Below, piece by piece: positions 1 to 9,727 of a DNA stretch of 64,000 nt. The first letter of the stretch is position 1. Each line of letters begins with the position of its first letter. A program made the translations under genes and the position numbers. The notes beneath the pieces are model-generated. The model was not told the origin of the DNA. It made no database searches and was given only the letters and a program-made list of their open reading frames with translations. This stretch comes from Candidatus Caenarcanales bacterium. Its GTDB lineage: Bacteria; Cyanobacteriota; Vampirovibrionia; LMEP-6097. The stretch spans positions 79,939 to 143,938 of the forward strand of contig JABSOS010000004.1 in the NCBI GenBank assembly GCA_013216135.1, read 5' to 3'.

Positions 1-219
1 AGATTACTTACGATACCGATATGGGTGCTAAAGCAGTTAGATAGTGCTGGGATAGTGTCTCCAGATAGAATTAATACTGGTCAATCCCGCCTATACTCTA
101 AAAGAGAGCTCGCTAAGCTTAGTAAAATCTGGTATCTGATGAATCAGCGTAAGGTAAAAGTAGACGGCATCAAGGTCATATTGGAGATGGAAACAATAGG
201 CTACATAGAATACAGGTAG
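1..219 (+). CDS. MerR-family transcriptional regulator (HspR-like?), partial; ORF open to window start
   Basis: Frame open from nt 1. GIVSPDR..GQSRLYSKRELAKLSKIWYL resembles the MerR HTH / wing consensus. Sits directly upstream of Hsp20 genes. Confidence 0.4.
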   Translation, partial: RLLTIPIWVLKQLDSAGIVSPDRINTGQSRLYSKRELAKLSKIWYLMNQRKVKVDGIKVILEMETIGYIEYR

Positions 220-439
220 TCTGTGTAATTAGTAAGAAAAGGAGGTTGATGATGATTGCATTAGTTTCCAAATTTATTAAAAAACCAAAAAAACTATTGA
301 GTAAGCCACCTCCTTTGAGGTGAGCTTTATGATCTGCTAAAAGCAGAATATTTAATTATTAACTAGTTTTAACTCTGATATCTATCAAATTTTATTTGAT
401 TAGATTTTCAATGCTGTAAAAATTTCATGGAGGATAAAA

Positions 440-916
440 ATGAACTTAATACCATATAGAAAACGTAGAAATATATCTAGCTTAAGTCCTTTGAGCTTGA
501 TAGAAGATCTGCAAGCTGATTTGGATAGTTTCTTTGGAAACTCACTAGTCAGTTATTTACCAAGTAATCAAGGAGCTCTTACTAGTAACTGGCTACCTAG
601 TACTGATATTCATGATTTAGGGAATCAGCTTGTCGTGAAGACTGATTTACCAGGGATTGATAAGAAGGACCTTGATGTTTCTGTTGAAGGAAATACTTTA
701 TTTATTAGAGGTGAAAAGAAACATGAAGAGGCTACTAAAGATTTTGGTCATATAAGATCTGAACGGTTCTTTGGTAGCTTTGAAAGAGCGCTTCCCCTTA
801 CTGAAGATATAGATGCAAGTAAAATTGATGCATCGTATAAAGATGGAGTGCTGACTGTGACTGTTCCTCGTAAAGAAGAAGCTCAACAAAAACAAATCAA
901 AGTTAATATAAAGTAA
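440..916 (+). CDS. Small heat shock protein, Hsp20/alpha-crystallin family
   Basis: 158 aa. Alpha-crystallin domain hallmarks: DIHDLGNQLVVKTDLPGIDKKDLDVSVEGNTLFIRGEK ... ASYKDGVLTVTVPRKEE. Confidence 0.85.
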   Translation: MNLIPYRKRRNISSLSPLSLIEDLQADLDSFFGNSLVSYLPSNQGALTSNWLPSTDIHDLGNQLVVKTDLPGIDKKDLDVSVEGNTLFIRGEKKHEEATKDFGHIRSERFFGSFERALPLTEDIDASKIDASYKDGVLTVTVPRKEEAQQKQIKVNIK

Positions 917-943
917 TTTGTAATTAATCGATAGGAGTCTTAG

Positions 944-1525
944 ATGAGAAGTAAATTTCTTATATTCATTTTTTCTCTTGCATTCATCTTAAATATACCT
1001 ACAGGGCTTAAAGCCTATGCTTCAGACTTAATGTTAAATCAGTCTAAGGCTCCTTCAATTAATCATCCTTTTGCAGCTTTTGAGAATTACCGAAATAGAA
1101 TGCTAGAGATGTTTCAAGATTTTGACTCAGAGTTTAGTGATGATATGGGGTTTAGCTCTTTTAATCCTGATGTAAATATCGAAACAACAGATAGCGAGTA
1201 TATTGTTACTCTCGGTTTACCTGGCTCAGATGAAGAAAAAATCAATGTTGAACTTAAAAATAATCAATTAAGTATCTCTGGTCAAAGAGAGTTTGTTGAA
1301 GAAAATAAAAATAGCAATGGTTTTCATAGCACTAGAAGAAGTTTAGCTTCTTTTCATAAGTCTGTGACACTACCTAATGATGCTAGTGAAGATGACTTGA
1401 AGGCTGATTATGAAAATGAAGTTTTGAAAATTACTATTGGAAGACTTGGTGAGAATAGATCTAATAATAATATCAATAAAGAGCAAATCAATAATTATGA
1501 GGAGCTTGATGGAGAATGGTTATAA
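944..1525 (+). CDS. Hsp20-like (alpha-crystallin domain) protein with N-terminal signal peptide
   Basis: Signal-peptide-like N-terminus MRSKFLIFIFSLAFILNIPTGLKAYA. ACD-like core YIVTLGLPGSDEEKINVELKNNQLSISGQRE ... ADYENEVLKITIG. Confidence 0.6.
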   Translation: MRSKFLIFIFSLAFILNIPTGLKAYASDLMLNQSKAPSINHPFAAFENYRNRMLEMFQDFDSEFSDDMGFSSFNPDVNIETTDSEYIVTLGLPGSDEEKINVELKNNQLSISGQREFVEENKNSNGFHSTRRSLASFHKSVTLPNDASEDDLKADYENEVLKITIGRLGENRSNNNINKEQINNYEELDGEWL

Positions 1526-2637
1526 TGATGCAAAGTTTATTTTTTGTTAGAAGAGATACTACTAGAAAGCTGTTCCAAAGTATCGTAACTTCACTTTTAG
1601 TATTCATTCTATTACTTAGTAGTAGTTCCTGTGCTAAAGCTTCTATTGCTCCAGCATTAATTAATTCGTCTACTCCTAGCCTAGCACCTATCTTAGAGAA
1701 GGTTTTACCTGCTGTAGTTAATATATCTACTTCTAAAGTTGTTGGTGTTGAATACGAGGATTTATACTTTGATCCTTTCTGGAGAGGCTTTTATGGAGTT
1801 AACCCAAGAGAGAAAAGATCTCAAGGAATAGGTTCTGGGGTAATTATTGATAAAAATAATGGCTACATTTTAACTAATAATCATGTCATAAAAAAAGCTG
1901 ATGATATTTATGTAACTCTTAAAAGTGGTGAAAAGCTTGAAGCTGAATTAGTTGGAGCTGATGCTAGTACTGATATAGCAGTTTTAAAAATTAATACTGA
2001 TACACCTCTTACACAGATCCCAGTAGCTGATTCTGATCAGTTGAGAGTTGGTGATTTTGCTGTTTCTATTGGAAATCCTTTTGGTTTAAGTCATTCGGTA
2101 AGCTCAGGTATAGTAAGTGCGCTTGGTAGAAAAGGATTAGGCATTGAAGGCTATGAAGACTTTATTCAGACTGATGCCTCTATAAACCCTGGAAGCTCTG
2201 GTGGAGCTTTAATTAATCTTAGAGGTGAATTGATTGGAATTAATACAGCTATTCTTTCAAGGTCAGGGGGGAATATTGGTATCGCTTTTGCTATTCCTGT
2301 TAATATCGCAGAACAAGTTAAAGACCAGATCTTAAAATATGGTTCAGTTAAGCGCGGTGCCATTGGAATCAAGATTGTAGATCTTAAGAGTGAGATTGCT
2401 AAAAAGTTGAACTCTGATCTTAAGCAAGGTGCTCTAGTTGCAAAGATATTAAAGAATGGTCCAGCTTATCAAGCTGGTTTGAGACCAGGAGATATTATTA
2501 TTGCTATTGATGACAAGAAAGTTACTAATGCTTTAGATCTTAGAAATATTATTGGCTTAAAAGCTGTTGGAGATAAGCTACTAGTAAAGTATTCACGTGA
2601 TGGCAAGATTAGATCTTGTAATATCGAAGTTAAGTAG
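1516..2637 (+). CDS. HtrA/DegP-family periplasmic serine protease (trypsin-like domain + PDZ)
   Basis: GSGVIID..GYILTNNHV (His), DIAVLKI (Asp), GNPFGL, TDASINPGSSGGALINLRGELIGINTAI (Ser), then a PDZ-like C-terminus. Start overlaps the preceding gene. Confidence 0.85.
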   Translation: MVIMMQSLFFVRRDTTRKLFQSIVTSLLVFILLLSSSSCAKASIAPALINSSTPSLAPILEKVLPAVVNISTSKVVGVEYEDLYFDPFWRGFYGVNPREKRSQGIGSGVIIDKNNGYILTNNHVIKKADDIYVTLKSGEKLEAELVGADASTDIAVLKINTDTPLTQIPVADSDQLRVGDFAVSIGNPFGLSHSVSSGIVSALGRKGLGIEGYEDFIQTDASINPGSSGGALINLRGELIGINTAILSRSGGNIGIAFAIPVNIAEQVKDQILKYGSVKRGAIGIKIVDLKSEIAKKLNSDLKQGALVAKILKNGPAYQAGLRPGDIIIAIDDKKVTNALDLRNIIGLKAVGDKLLVKYSRDGKIRSCNIEVK

Positions 2638-2766
2638 AAAAATAGATAAAATCATCTAAATTAGTAAAATTAATGCTTTTTTACAAATAATTAGATCTTA
2701 ATATAAAAAAGGCATAATATAATTGTACATATAGATGTAAATGCTTTTTACATTCTTGAAACTAAA

Positions 2767-2979
2767 ATGAAAGATCAAGCGCTTAAATCTAATATAAAGA
2801 GAGAATCTTTGAGATTTAGAAAGATGGTTGTGAATAATGCCATTGCTCAACAAAGGATAGAAGGTAATAAATCTTCTCCGAGAGATACTTTACGTGATTT
2901 GAACTTGATAGCTAAAGGTGAAATGGACACTGAAACAGCTATACGTAATGTGAATAAATTTTATAAACTAAATGTCTAA
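2767..2979 (+). CDS. VbhA-like antitoxin of a class I Fic toxin
   Basis: 70 aa with AIAQQRIEGNK, resembling the [S/T]xxxE[G/N] inhibitory helix. Stop overlaps the Fic start (ATGTCTAA). A paralog lies at 31944-32126. Confidence 0.55.
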   Translation: MKDQALKSNIKRESLRFRKMVVNNAIAQQRIEGNKSSPRDTLRDLNLIAKGEMDTETAIRNVNKFYKLNV

Positions 2980-3568
2980 TAGGTATTCTGTTAATGATAA
3001 GTATACTTATCAAGATTCTGATGTATTAATTAATAGACTTAATATTAAGGATGCTCAGGCTTTGGAAGAAGCCGAATTTCGCTACTCTACTATTCGATCT
3101 GTTGAGCTAACTGAAAAATTTTTAAAGGTTCCATTTAATACTTATATTTTAAAAGATATTCATAAAAAGCTATTTAGTGATGTCTATGATTGGGCAGGTG
3201 AATATAGAACTGTTGATATATCCAAAGGTAATTCTCGCTTTTGTAATATGAATTTTATTGAATCTGAATTAGAGAGGGTTTATAAGGAAATAAAAAGTTT
3301 AAATTATCTTCAAAATCTAGATCAAAAAGAATTTAGTGAGCAAGTAGCGTATTTTATAGGTGAAATAAATGCTATTCACCCTTTTAGGGAAGGTAATGGA
3401 AGGACTCAGCGAGAGTTTATAAATCAGTTAGCTCTTAATTCTAATTATTACGTTAATTGGCATGATTGTTTGGTTGAAGATATACTGGAAGCCACTATCA
3501 AGAGCTTTGCTCAAGAATATGGTATGTTAAGTCAGTTGATTTTTGATAACTTAATTTTATTTGATTAG
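2972..3568 (+). CDS. fic: Fic-family protein (AMPylator/Doc-like toxin)
   Basis: Canonical Fic motif HPFREGNGRTQRE at about aa 145; 198 aa. Confidence 0.85.
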   Translation: MSNRYSVNDKYTYQDSDVLINRLNIKDAQALEEAEFRYSTIRSVELTEKFLKVPFNTYILKDIHKKLFSDVYDWAGEYRTVDISKGNSRFCNMNFIESELERVYKEIKSLNYLQNLDQKEFSEQVAYFIGEINAIHPFREGNGRTQREFINQLALNSNYYVNWHDCLVEDILEATIKSFAQEYGMLSQLIFDNLILFD

Positions 3569-3597
3569 GTTTTTAAAGTTATATATCTAAATGGAAC

Positions 3598-3642
3598 CTG
3601 TTAATCGATCGGTCACTGGTTCGAATCCAGTCTTGGGAGCCA
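3598..3642 (+). tRNA. tRNA-Asn(GTT) 3'-half fragment (anticodon loop CTGTTAA through T-arm, acceptor 3' strand and CCA); no 5' half, so att-site copy
   Basis: ctgttaa tcgat cggtc ACTGG TTCGAAT CCAGT CTTGGGA G CCA. Perfect T-arm and a GTT anticodon with U33/A37. No complementary acceptor strand TCCCAAG upstream. Near-identical copy at 25703-25752. Confidence 0.6.
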
Positions 3643-3737
3643 TTAAAAGAAAGCCCTGGTCGATTGATTGGGGCTTTTTTGTTTTTAAGGCTTTTAGTCA
3701 TTTTCAAAATATACCGTTAACACTATTAACACTAACT
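3635..3737 (+). repeat. About 100-bp direct repeat (tRNA 3' tip + terminator-like hairpin + flank), copy 1 of 2; partner 29521-29620
   Basis: gggagccattaaaagaaagccctgRtcgattgattggggcttttttgtttttaaggcttt, then catttYcaRcaaatatWccgtWaacaYtatWaacaYta, about 85% identical overall. Contains a GCCC..GGGC stem plus T-tract. Confidence 0.65.
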
Positions 3738-3778
3738 TTCAAAAATATATATTAACTGATATTTGGGTTTTGGAGGTG

Positions 3779-3804
3779 AATTATTATCCTGCGGGATAAT
3801 AATT
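3779..3804. repeat. 26-bp perfect palindrome aattattatccTGCGggataataatt (family copy P1)
   Basis: Exact inverted 11-nt arms. Identical to the copy at 18114-18139. Confidence 0.8.
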
Positions 3805-4148
3805 GAAATGTAATTTTATTTTTATTAGAATAAATGACTTACTTCTGGCTCTTCACCATTTAAGGGAAACTTATGTGAAGGTTTCTAATAAATTATCTAT
3901 GTATAAGCACTATAGGAATAGAAACTCATGGATTTTTTTTAAGCTCTTCCTCATCTGTTTTAAAGTTTCGTAATTGCAACACATTTTCAGCAGCACGGTA
4001 TCGATTATATAGAGATTCTCTTTATGTTTTTAAGGATATATATCCGTAAATTAAATAATTTTGTTTACCTAGCGTCAATGTGAAAGAGAGCAGTACCTAT
4101 AATTCCTCTGACTAAAGTAATTAATGCACCCGTTATATTTGAGCCCAT

Positions 4149-5369
4149 TTATTTTTTAATCTCTCCTTCTGTTGGAGACTTTTGATAAGCTCCCTCTTGA
4201 GAAGACACTTCTGAATCAGGGTCATTATTCTTATTAATGGTTTCATGAGACGAGGCTGGTTTATTATCTTTGTGAATATATTTGAAACTCTCATTACCTC
4301 TTTTTTGTTTCCCAAATAAAAAATGATAAATACCTTTAAAAGCCGAAGTTAAGATACCTTTCTTTTCCTCTTTCTTTTTAGGTAGATTATCTTCTCTTTC
4401 TTCACTTAGCTTTTTGTCTTTAAATAACTGGTAGTAACCTGAACTATTACCAAAAATTTGTGATTTTTGTACATAACCATTATTGTCAAACAAAGCGAAA
4501 CCAGAAATATGCCCACCTAAATACCATTCATTATTTCCTGCTATACGAGAAACCAAATTTTCTTTATGTTTTATTAGACCACCAGCTATAGACTTGTTTA
4601 TGTATAAAATTTTTACTTTTGAAGCTTTATCATCATCTTTTTTATCAGCTTTATAGACATAAGCTTGTGCTATTTCTAATAATATCTCAGAAAGCTTGGT
4701 TTTAACTAAGTCTTTGCTTTCTTGGCTTATATCTTGGCTTTCTGTAACTTTACTATTGATGCTAGACACTAGATCTAAAATACTTGATAATTCTCCCTTT
4801 GATAAAAAAATTATATTTTTTTTTGTAGAGTTAAGAACTTTAGCATTTAAATTTGTATTTTTATGTAATTGAGCTGCAACAATATAGGGAAGTAGATCTG
4901 CCTTAATATTTATTTCATTTGACTCAACAGTCTCTTTATTTATAACAATATCAAGAAGCTTATCTGATAAATCAATCGCTTTTTCAATCGCACCTAAACT
5001 AATAAAGGGTTCATTTATGTGAATTTGATCAAGAAATGGAAAATTTTTGGGTTCAATTTCTTCTACTGACTTTTTGAAAAGTTCTAACTTCTCAATAATA
5101 GATTGACCTTCAAATAAAGGCATTGAATTTGTTACTATTAAATCTTTGGTTTCTTTCAAACAATCTTCAAGAGACAAATTGATATCCTGGGCTGTTTTAC
5201 TTAAACTTTTATAAGCTAACATTTCCTGCATGATATTTTTGACATTAGTTTTTTGGATATTAATCTTTGGAGATTTTTTATTATCAGTAGATGCGTCTTC
5301 CTTATCTTTAGCCAAAGCATAAATAGGGGAACAAAAAAAGATTAATGTGAGGATAAATATAAATCTCAT
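4149..5369 (-). CDS. Secreted Lys/Glu-rich hypothetical protein (signal peptide)
   Basis: 406 aa. N-terminal MRFIFILTLIFFCSPIYALA. Charged low-complexity regions. Confidence 0.5.
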   Translation of the reverse strand: MRFIFILTLIFFCSPIYALAKDKEDASTDNKKSPKINIQKTNVKNIMQEMLAYKSLSKTAQDINLSLEDCLKETKDLIVTNSMPLFEGQSIIEKLELFKKSVEEIEPKNFPFLDQIHINEPFISLGAIEKAIDLSDKLLDIVINKETVESNEINIKADLLPYIVAAQLHKNTNLNAKVLNSTKKNIIFLSKGELSSILDLVSSINSKVTESQDISQESKDLVKTKLSEILLEIAQAYVYKADKKDDDKASKVKILYINKSIAGGLIKHKENLVSRIAGNNEWYLGGHISGFALFDNNGYVQKSQIFGNSSGYYQLFKDKKLSEEREDNLPKKKEEKKGILTSAFKGIYHFLFGKQKRGNESFKYIHKDNKPASSHETINKNNDPDSEVSSQEGAYQKSPTEGEIKK

Positions 5370-5523
5370 TAATATGTATTTTATCTAATAAGCTCTCTAA
5401 CTTATTTAAATATTGTGCTTATCTGGAGAACAATAGAGAAGTTATAATATCGCTTACGCTTTTATACAAATGTTTAAGTTATGTCTTGTGAGAAATCGTT
5501 CAATAATGTAAAATAATTCGATT

Positions 5524-5973
5524 ATGATACCTCTTTGTGAGTACGTCTGTGATACTTGTGGCGAGTTGATTGTTAGTCCTGATGAGGGCTACTTAGAATG
5601 GGTTGGTGGCGTAGGAATAAAAGACCATTCTTTTAAAATCATTCACCACAAACATGAATGTCAGAGGAAAGAAAAAGATCTACCTAATGGTTTTATAAAA
5701 GATGGAAGTTTGAGTCGCTATCTTGGTGTAGAAAATTTGCAAAACCTTTATACCTTACTCCATCCAGGACCTCTTTATGGTAAGGGAAAGGGGATTCTTG
5801 TTGAAGATATCAATGAATATATGGAAATACTCAGAAGGTTGACAATTCCTTACTACGAAGAAGCTCGTATCTATTGGCCATTAGCTGAAGAGGATGGTTT
5901 CTTTTGTGATGTAAATGAAGTATATCCATGCTTAGTTAGTACTCTGAAGTTGATAATAGAAAAATATAAATAA
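5524..5973 (+). CDS. Hypothetical protein with N-terminal CxxxCxxC zinc-ribbon-like motif
   Basis: 149 aa, CEYVCDTCG. No recognisable family. Confidence 0.45.
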   Translation: MIPLCEYVCDTCGELIVSPDEGYLEWVGGVGIKDHSFKIIHHKHECQRKEKDLPNGFIKDGSLSRYLGVENLQNLYTLLHPGPLYGKGKGILVEDINEYMEILRRLTIPYYEEARIYWPLAEEDGFFCDVNEVYPCLVSTLKLIIEKYK

Positions 5974-6014
5974 AATTGAACCTTAGAAGACTTGGAACTC
6001 AATATATCTTCTAC

Positions 6015-6929
6015 CTAAGAGTCAAAAAAATTAAGATTCTTTAGTTCACTATCTTCATCGAAGACATCAAATTTTTTATTAAGATTAAAGTAATTATGAA
6101 AGTGTTTGACGAGCTTGGTTTTTACTGGTTTTAACTTATTCTTATATATTTCTGTTGATAAATAAAAGTTTTCAGTATATAAGAAAATTAATTTTGAGAT
6201 TAGTTCTTTTTGTTGAACTTTATTCATTAATGGAAGTTCTTTTACTAGTAATGTATTAGCAGTCTTGTTGTTTTTTAAAAAAGAAATTGTCACAATCGTA
6301 TCATTATTAAGTGGTATTAAATTAAGTATTATTGGATCTAAATGTTTAAGGCTACATTTCTCTTGGAGTAAATTAACTGGCTCGTGATTGATATCATTTT
6401 CTAAAAAAAAAGCTCCAGAGGCTAAGCAGTGCAAAGAGTCATTAAATATTATTGACACAGAATCTAATACATTATATTTTTTTTGCCATATGCTAGTTAG
6501 TAGCAAATTTTTGTAATACTCTAATCTGTAATACGCAAAGCAGCTTCCAACATCAATAAAGCTTGGATTATGATGGGTATCAAATTTTTCAGCCTGTGAG
6601 TTTATACAATTCATTTTTAATAAGTATTCTTTAGATAGGGTTCTAAGGGATAATTTCTCAATATGTTCTGGATTTGTAAAATCAAAGTTATGATCTTCAA
6701 AGCATTTGAATAATTCTTTGTCGTGATAACCACAAAATCCTCTAAATGTAGATGCTTGCCTTATTCCTATTTCTTCAAAATCACCACTACTCGGGGCTAT
6801 ACTAATAACCCTTCCATTTTTTGCAATTTTTCTCAAAAATTTTTTTGAGATTGAATGAGCCTGGATTATATTATCTTCACAATTTTCTGATTTGGCGACA
6901 CAAAATTTAATTTCTTGGAGAAATCTCAT
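6015..6929 (-). CDS. Hypothetical protein (Cys/His-rich segment GFCGYHDKELFKCFEDHN)
   Basis: 304-aa ORF convergent with 5524-5973. Possible metal-binding or nuclease-like segment, but no confident family. Confidence 0.45.
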   Translation of the reverse strand: MRFLQEIKFCVAKSENCEDNIIQAHSISKKFLRKIAKNGRVISIAPSSGDFEEIGIRQASTFRGFCGYHDKELFKCFEDHNFDFTNPEHIEKLSLRTLSKEYLLKMNCINSQAEKFDTHHNPSFIDVGSCFAYYRLEYYKNLLLTSIWQKKYNVLDSVSIIFNDSLHCLASGAFFLENDINHEPVNLLQEKCSLKHLDPIILNLIPLNNDTIVTISFLKNNKTANTLLVKELPLMNKVQQKELISKLIFLYTENFYLSTEIYKNKLKPVKTKLVKHFHNYFNLNKKFDVFDEDSELKNLNFFDS

Positions 6930-6964
6930 ATAGTAAATTTTAAATCATGAATTTGAGAGAGTTG

Positions 6965-6990
6965 AATTATTATCCCACTGGATAATAATT
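6965..6990. repeat. 26-bp palindrome aattattatccCACTggataataatt (P2)
   Basis: Same 11-nt arms as P1/P6 with a different 4-nt centre. Confidence 0.8.
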
Positions 6991-7116
6991 TAGTAAGCAT
7001 TTGTATATTTGTTCATGATAGATTGCCTAGTTTCTTTCTAAAATGATTTGACAGAATTTTCCACTAAGCTTCTTAAGTCTTTAGGACGGGCTGGTTATTA
7101 TAATAATTAGATAGAT

Positions 7117-8091
7117 ATGCGACATTTTTTCTCTGAAGAAGATCTTTTCCAAATACTAACACCTTATGATTGGTTACACAGACCAGATAAAGAATGTACT
7201 TATTCTTTTAGTCCTAAACCTGGTGAAGGATTCCAAATCTCAATTAATTATTTAAGAGAGCATAAGTATAAGGACAGAGCAAATAAACTTATAGAAACTT
7301 CAAAAAACAATGGATTACCTAAAATTCATAATTTTTATCAATTAGATGATTTTGTCTCTAAAAATGGACTCATTTGTAGAATGTGGGTAAAGAAACAAGC
7401 ATCTAAATTTATTAAAGTTTCAATAACAGCCATGAATATTGATGAACATTTGGAACAAGTGAATAAATGCTTGGAAAGCTTTAGAATAGTAAAACCAAAT
7501 AAAGTTGACCACGTTAAAAGATGGTACAAGTTCGGCAAATTCCTAGAAGGAATGGCTGCAATGATGGCTGTTCTTAATAAATCATTGGAAAATAAATGCT
7601 ATATAGAAAGTGTGTGTGCATATACTAATTTGATAGATGCATATCTCAGATGTGCTCTTATTTTAAAGAATCAAATTAAGAATAGAAATAAAGACCTAGA
7701 TATTAGATGGATTTATCAAGGTATTGATGATAAGCCAATTTCTGAAAAAATGACTTACAAAGAAGCTTTTGAGGAAGGGATTATTAACGAAAAACAAAAA
7801 ACAACTTTAGACACATTATATAATGAGAGAAATAGAGTAATTCATAGATTCATTATTTCAGAAATAAGCTATTTTGATATTGAAGATATTTCATGCCAAC
7901 ACAACAAGTTATTTGAAGAGATTTGGCAAATTGTAAAAGATTTAGAAGATGAACAGATTGCTTTAAATGTTGGCATGACTAAACAAGTTGAGACAGATAT
8001 CAAAGATTTTGATTATCAAATGTTTATAAAAGAGAAATTGGAGTCTTTTACTTTACTAAAGCATTCTTCTAGTAACTATTCTAAAAAGTGA
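7117..8091 (+). CDS. HEPN-like (Abi-type) protein, partner of downstream reverse transcriptase
   Basis: 324 aa. ERNRVIHRF matches the HEPN Rx4-6H motif in the C-terminal third. Sits 96 bp upstream of RT1, co-oriented. Confidence 0.45.
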   Translation: MRHFFSEEDLFQILTPYDWLHRPDKECTYSFSPKPGEGFQISINYLREHKYKDRANKLIETSKNNGLPKIHNFYQLDDFVSKNGLICRMWVKKQASKFIKVSITAMNIDEHLEQVNKCLESFRIVKPNKVDHVKRWYKFGKFLEGMAAMMAVLNKSLENKCYIESVCAYTNLIDAYLRCALILKNQIKNRNKDLDIRWIYQGIDDKPISEKMTYKEAFEEGIINEKQKTTLDTLYNERNRVIHRFIISEISYFDIEDISCQHNKLFEEIWQIVKDLEDEQIALNVGMTKQVETDIKDFDYQMFIKEKLESFTLLKHSSSNYSKK

Positions 8092-8187
8092 AGCGACTAA
8101 TACTGTTTTTAATTGAAAGTTATTATAGCTGGCTTTTTAATAATTCTAAGCCTAGCTGTATAATAATTTTGAGTAAGTATAAATATT

Positions 8188-9594
8188 ATGACTGAGAATT
8201 CAATAACCATAGATGAGCAAGATATTGAATTATTTAACAGTGTATTTTCTAAGGAAAATTTAGAAAATACTTTTAAAAATAAGAAGAGCATATATTCAAA
8301 ACAATCATCTGGAATTGATAGAAAAAGCATTGAAAATTTTGAGAAAGAAACAAAAAATATTTTCCCAAAAATTTTAGAGAAAATAAAGGGTTCTGATTAT
8401 TATTTTTCCCCATATGTAGAAAGTTTATTTTTAAGAGGCCCAGATAAGCAACCACGAAGAATTTCTTTACCTACAATTCGAGATAAATTAACTCTAGACT
8501 TGGTTCGGCAATATTTAAATAAAAAGCTTGGTCAATCAGTAAAGAGGACTTTACCAAATATTTATATAAAGGAAATAAAAAAATTCTTTGAAGATAAGGA
8601 TACGAAATCTCTTAAATATAAAAGAATTGACATTTCAAGTTTTTATAAAAGTATCAATCACATAATTCTTTTGAACTTTCTTAGAAATATTAAAGTTCAT
8701 GATTCTGTTTATACTTTAATTAGAAGAGCTATAAAAACAAATACTTACAACAAATCAGTTTATTTAAGGAAAGACAAGGAAAATAACAATAAAGGTTTAC
8801 CAGAGGGACTTTCCATTTCAAATGTATTGGCTGAGTATTATTTACGTGAGATTGGTTTGATACCTATTCCTCAAGGTGTTTTATACCAACGCTACGTGGA
8901 TGATATTTTGATCTTGTATCAAGACGAACATGCTTTTCAGTCTTTCTATAATAAAATTGAAAGGAAATTCAAGAAACTTGATCTAAATATTTCGAAAGAT
9001 GAAGATAAGACGGGAGAGGGGAATCTTTCTAGTGATAAGGGCTTCAATTTTCTTGGTTATGATTTTAAAAAAGGTAAAATCTATGCAAAGCGAAGATCAC
9101 AGGTAAAGCTTATTAATACAATAATTAAATTGTTTACACAGTATAAGTATAGTACACAAAAAAATGAGTTGAAGAACCGAATATTGATAGAAGATGTTAA
9201 TGAAAAGCTTACTGGCGCTATGTCTGAAAGTATAAAGTATGGTTGGATATTTTTTTTCCGTGAAATAACTGATATTAACTTTTTGTACCAAGTTGATATT
9301 CTTGTGGAAAAGCTTCTTGATAGATATAAGCTTAGTGTTTCTAGTGAAGTGAAAAAAATAAAACAAATCTCAAAAGCTTATTATAAATTGAAAAAAAATG
9401 ACTATAGCTACTGTCATAATTATGATGCATATTCGACATTTTCAGATAAAATAAACTATCTTTCAGGAAGAGTAAAGGAATCTAGAGAAGATTTAAAAAC
9501 TAAGACATTTGAATATATTGATAGTCTATTTAAAGAGGTACGCAATAGAAATTTGAGTAATTTAGAAAAGGATAATGGGGTAGAATCATACTAG
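8188..9594 (+). CDS. Reverse transcriptase (RVT_1; retron/Abi/defense-associated-like, no endonuclease or maturase extension recognised)
   Basis: RT motifs: RRISLPTIRDKLTLDLV (1-2), LPEGLSISNVLAEYYL (4), YQRYVDDILIL (5, YVDD), KLDLNISKDEDKT (6), FNFLGYDF (7). Thumb-like KYGWIFFF. Confidence 0.85.
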   Translation: MTENSITIDEQDIELFNSVFSKENLENTFKNKKSIYSKQSSGIDRKSIENFEKETKNIFPKILEKIKGSDYYFSPYVESLFLRGPDKQPRRISLPTIRDKLTLDLVRQYLNKKLGQSVKRTLPNIYIKEIKKFFEDKDTKSLKYKRIDISSFYKSINHIILLNFLRNIKVHDSVYTLIRRAIKTNTYNKSVYLRKDKENNNKGLPEGLSISNVLAEYYLREIGLIPIPQGVLYQRYVDDILILYQDEHAFQSFYNKIERKFKKLDLNISKDEDKTGEGNLSSDKGFNFLGYDFKKGKIYAKRRSQVKLINTIIKLFTQYKYSTQKNELKNRILIEDVNEKLTGAMSESIKYGWIFFFREITDINFLYQVDILVEKLLDRYKLSVSSEVKKIKQISKAYYKLKKNDYSYCHNYDAYSTFSDKINYLSGRVKESREDLKTKTFEYIDSLFKEVRNRNLSNLEKDNGVESY

Positions 9595-9727
9595 AGTGCC
9601 TTCCTGTAAAATGGAACCAGTGTATTTTATTATACAAAGGGATATTGTTATTTTTGTGCTAGACACTACGAACCATATTCTTATCTAAGCAATATGGGAA
9701 CATCATTAAAAGTGGGCACTCAGATTT
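9594..9727 (+). ncRNA. Candidate structured non-coding element between RT1 and the TM protein, flanked by a 7-bp inverted repeat gagtgcc/ggcactc
   Basis: IR at 9594-9600 and 9715-9721 encloses about 114 nt. Reminiscent of the a1/a2 repeats that flank retron msr-msd, but in an atypical position (downstream of the RT). Confidence 0.2.

Noticed and set aside
3598-3642. Whether copies A or B are complete tRNA genes
   Set aside because: Upstream of both there is no D-arm and no acceptor 5' strand (TCCCAAG or similar) that pairs with CTTGGGA. Only the anticodon arm and T-arm through the 3' end are present, so they are 3' fragments (att sites).
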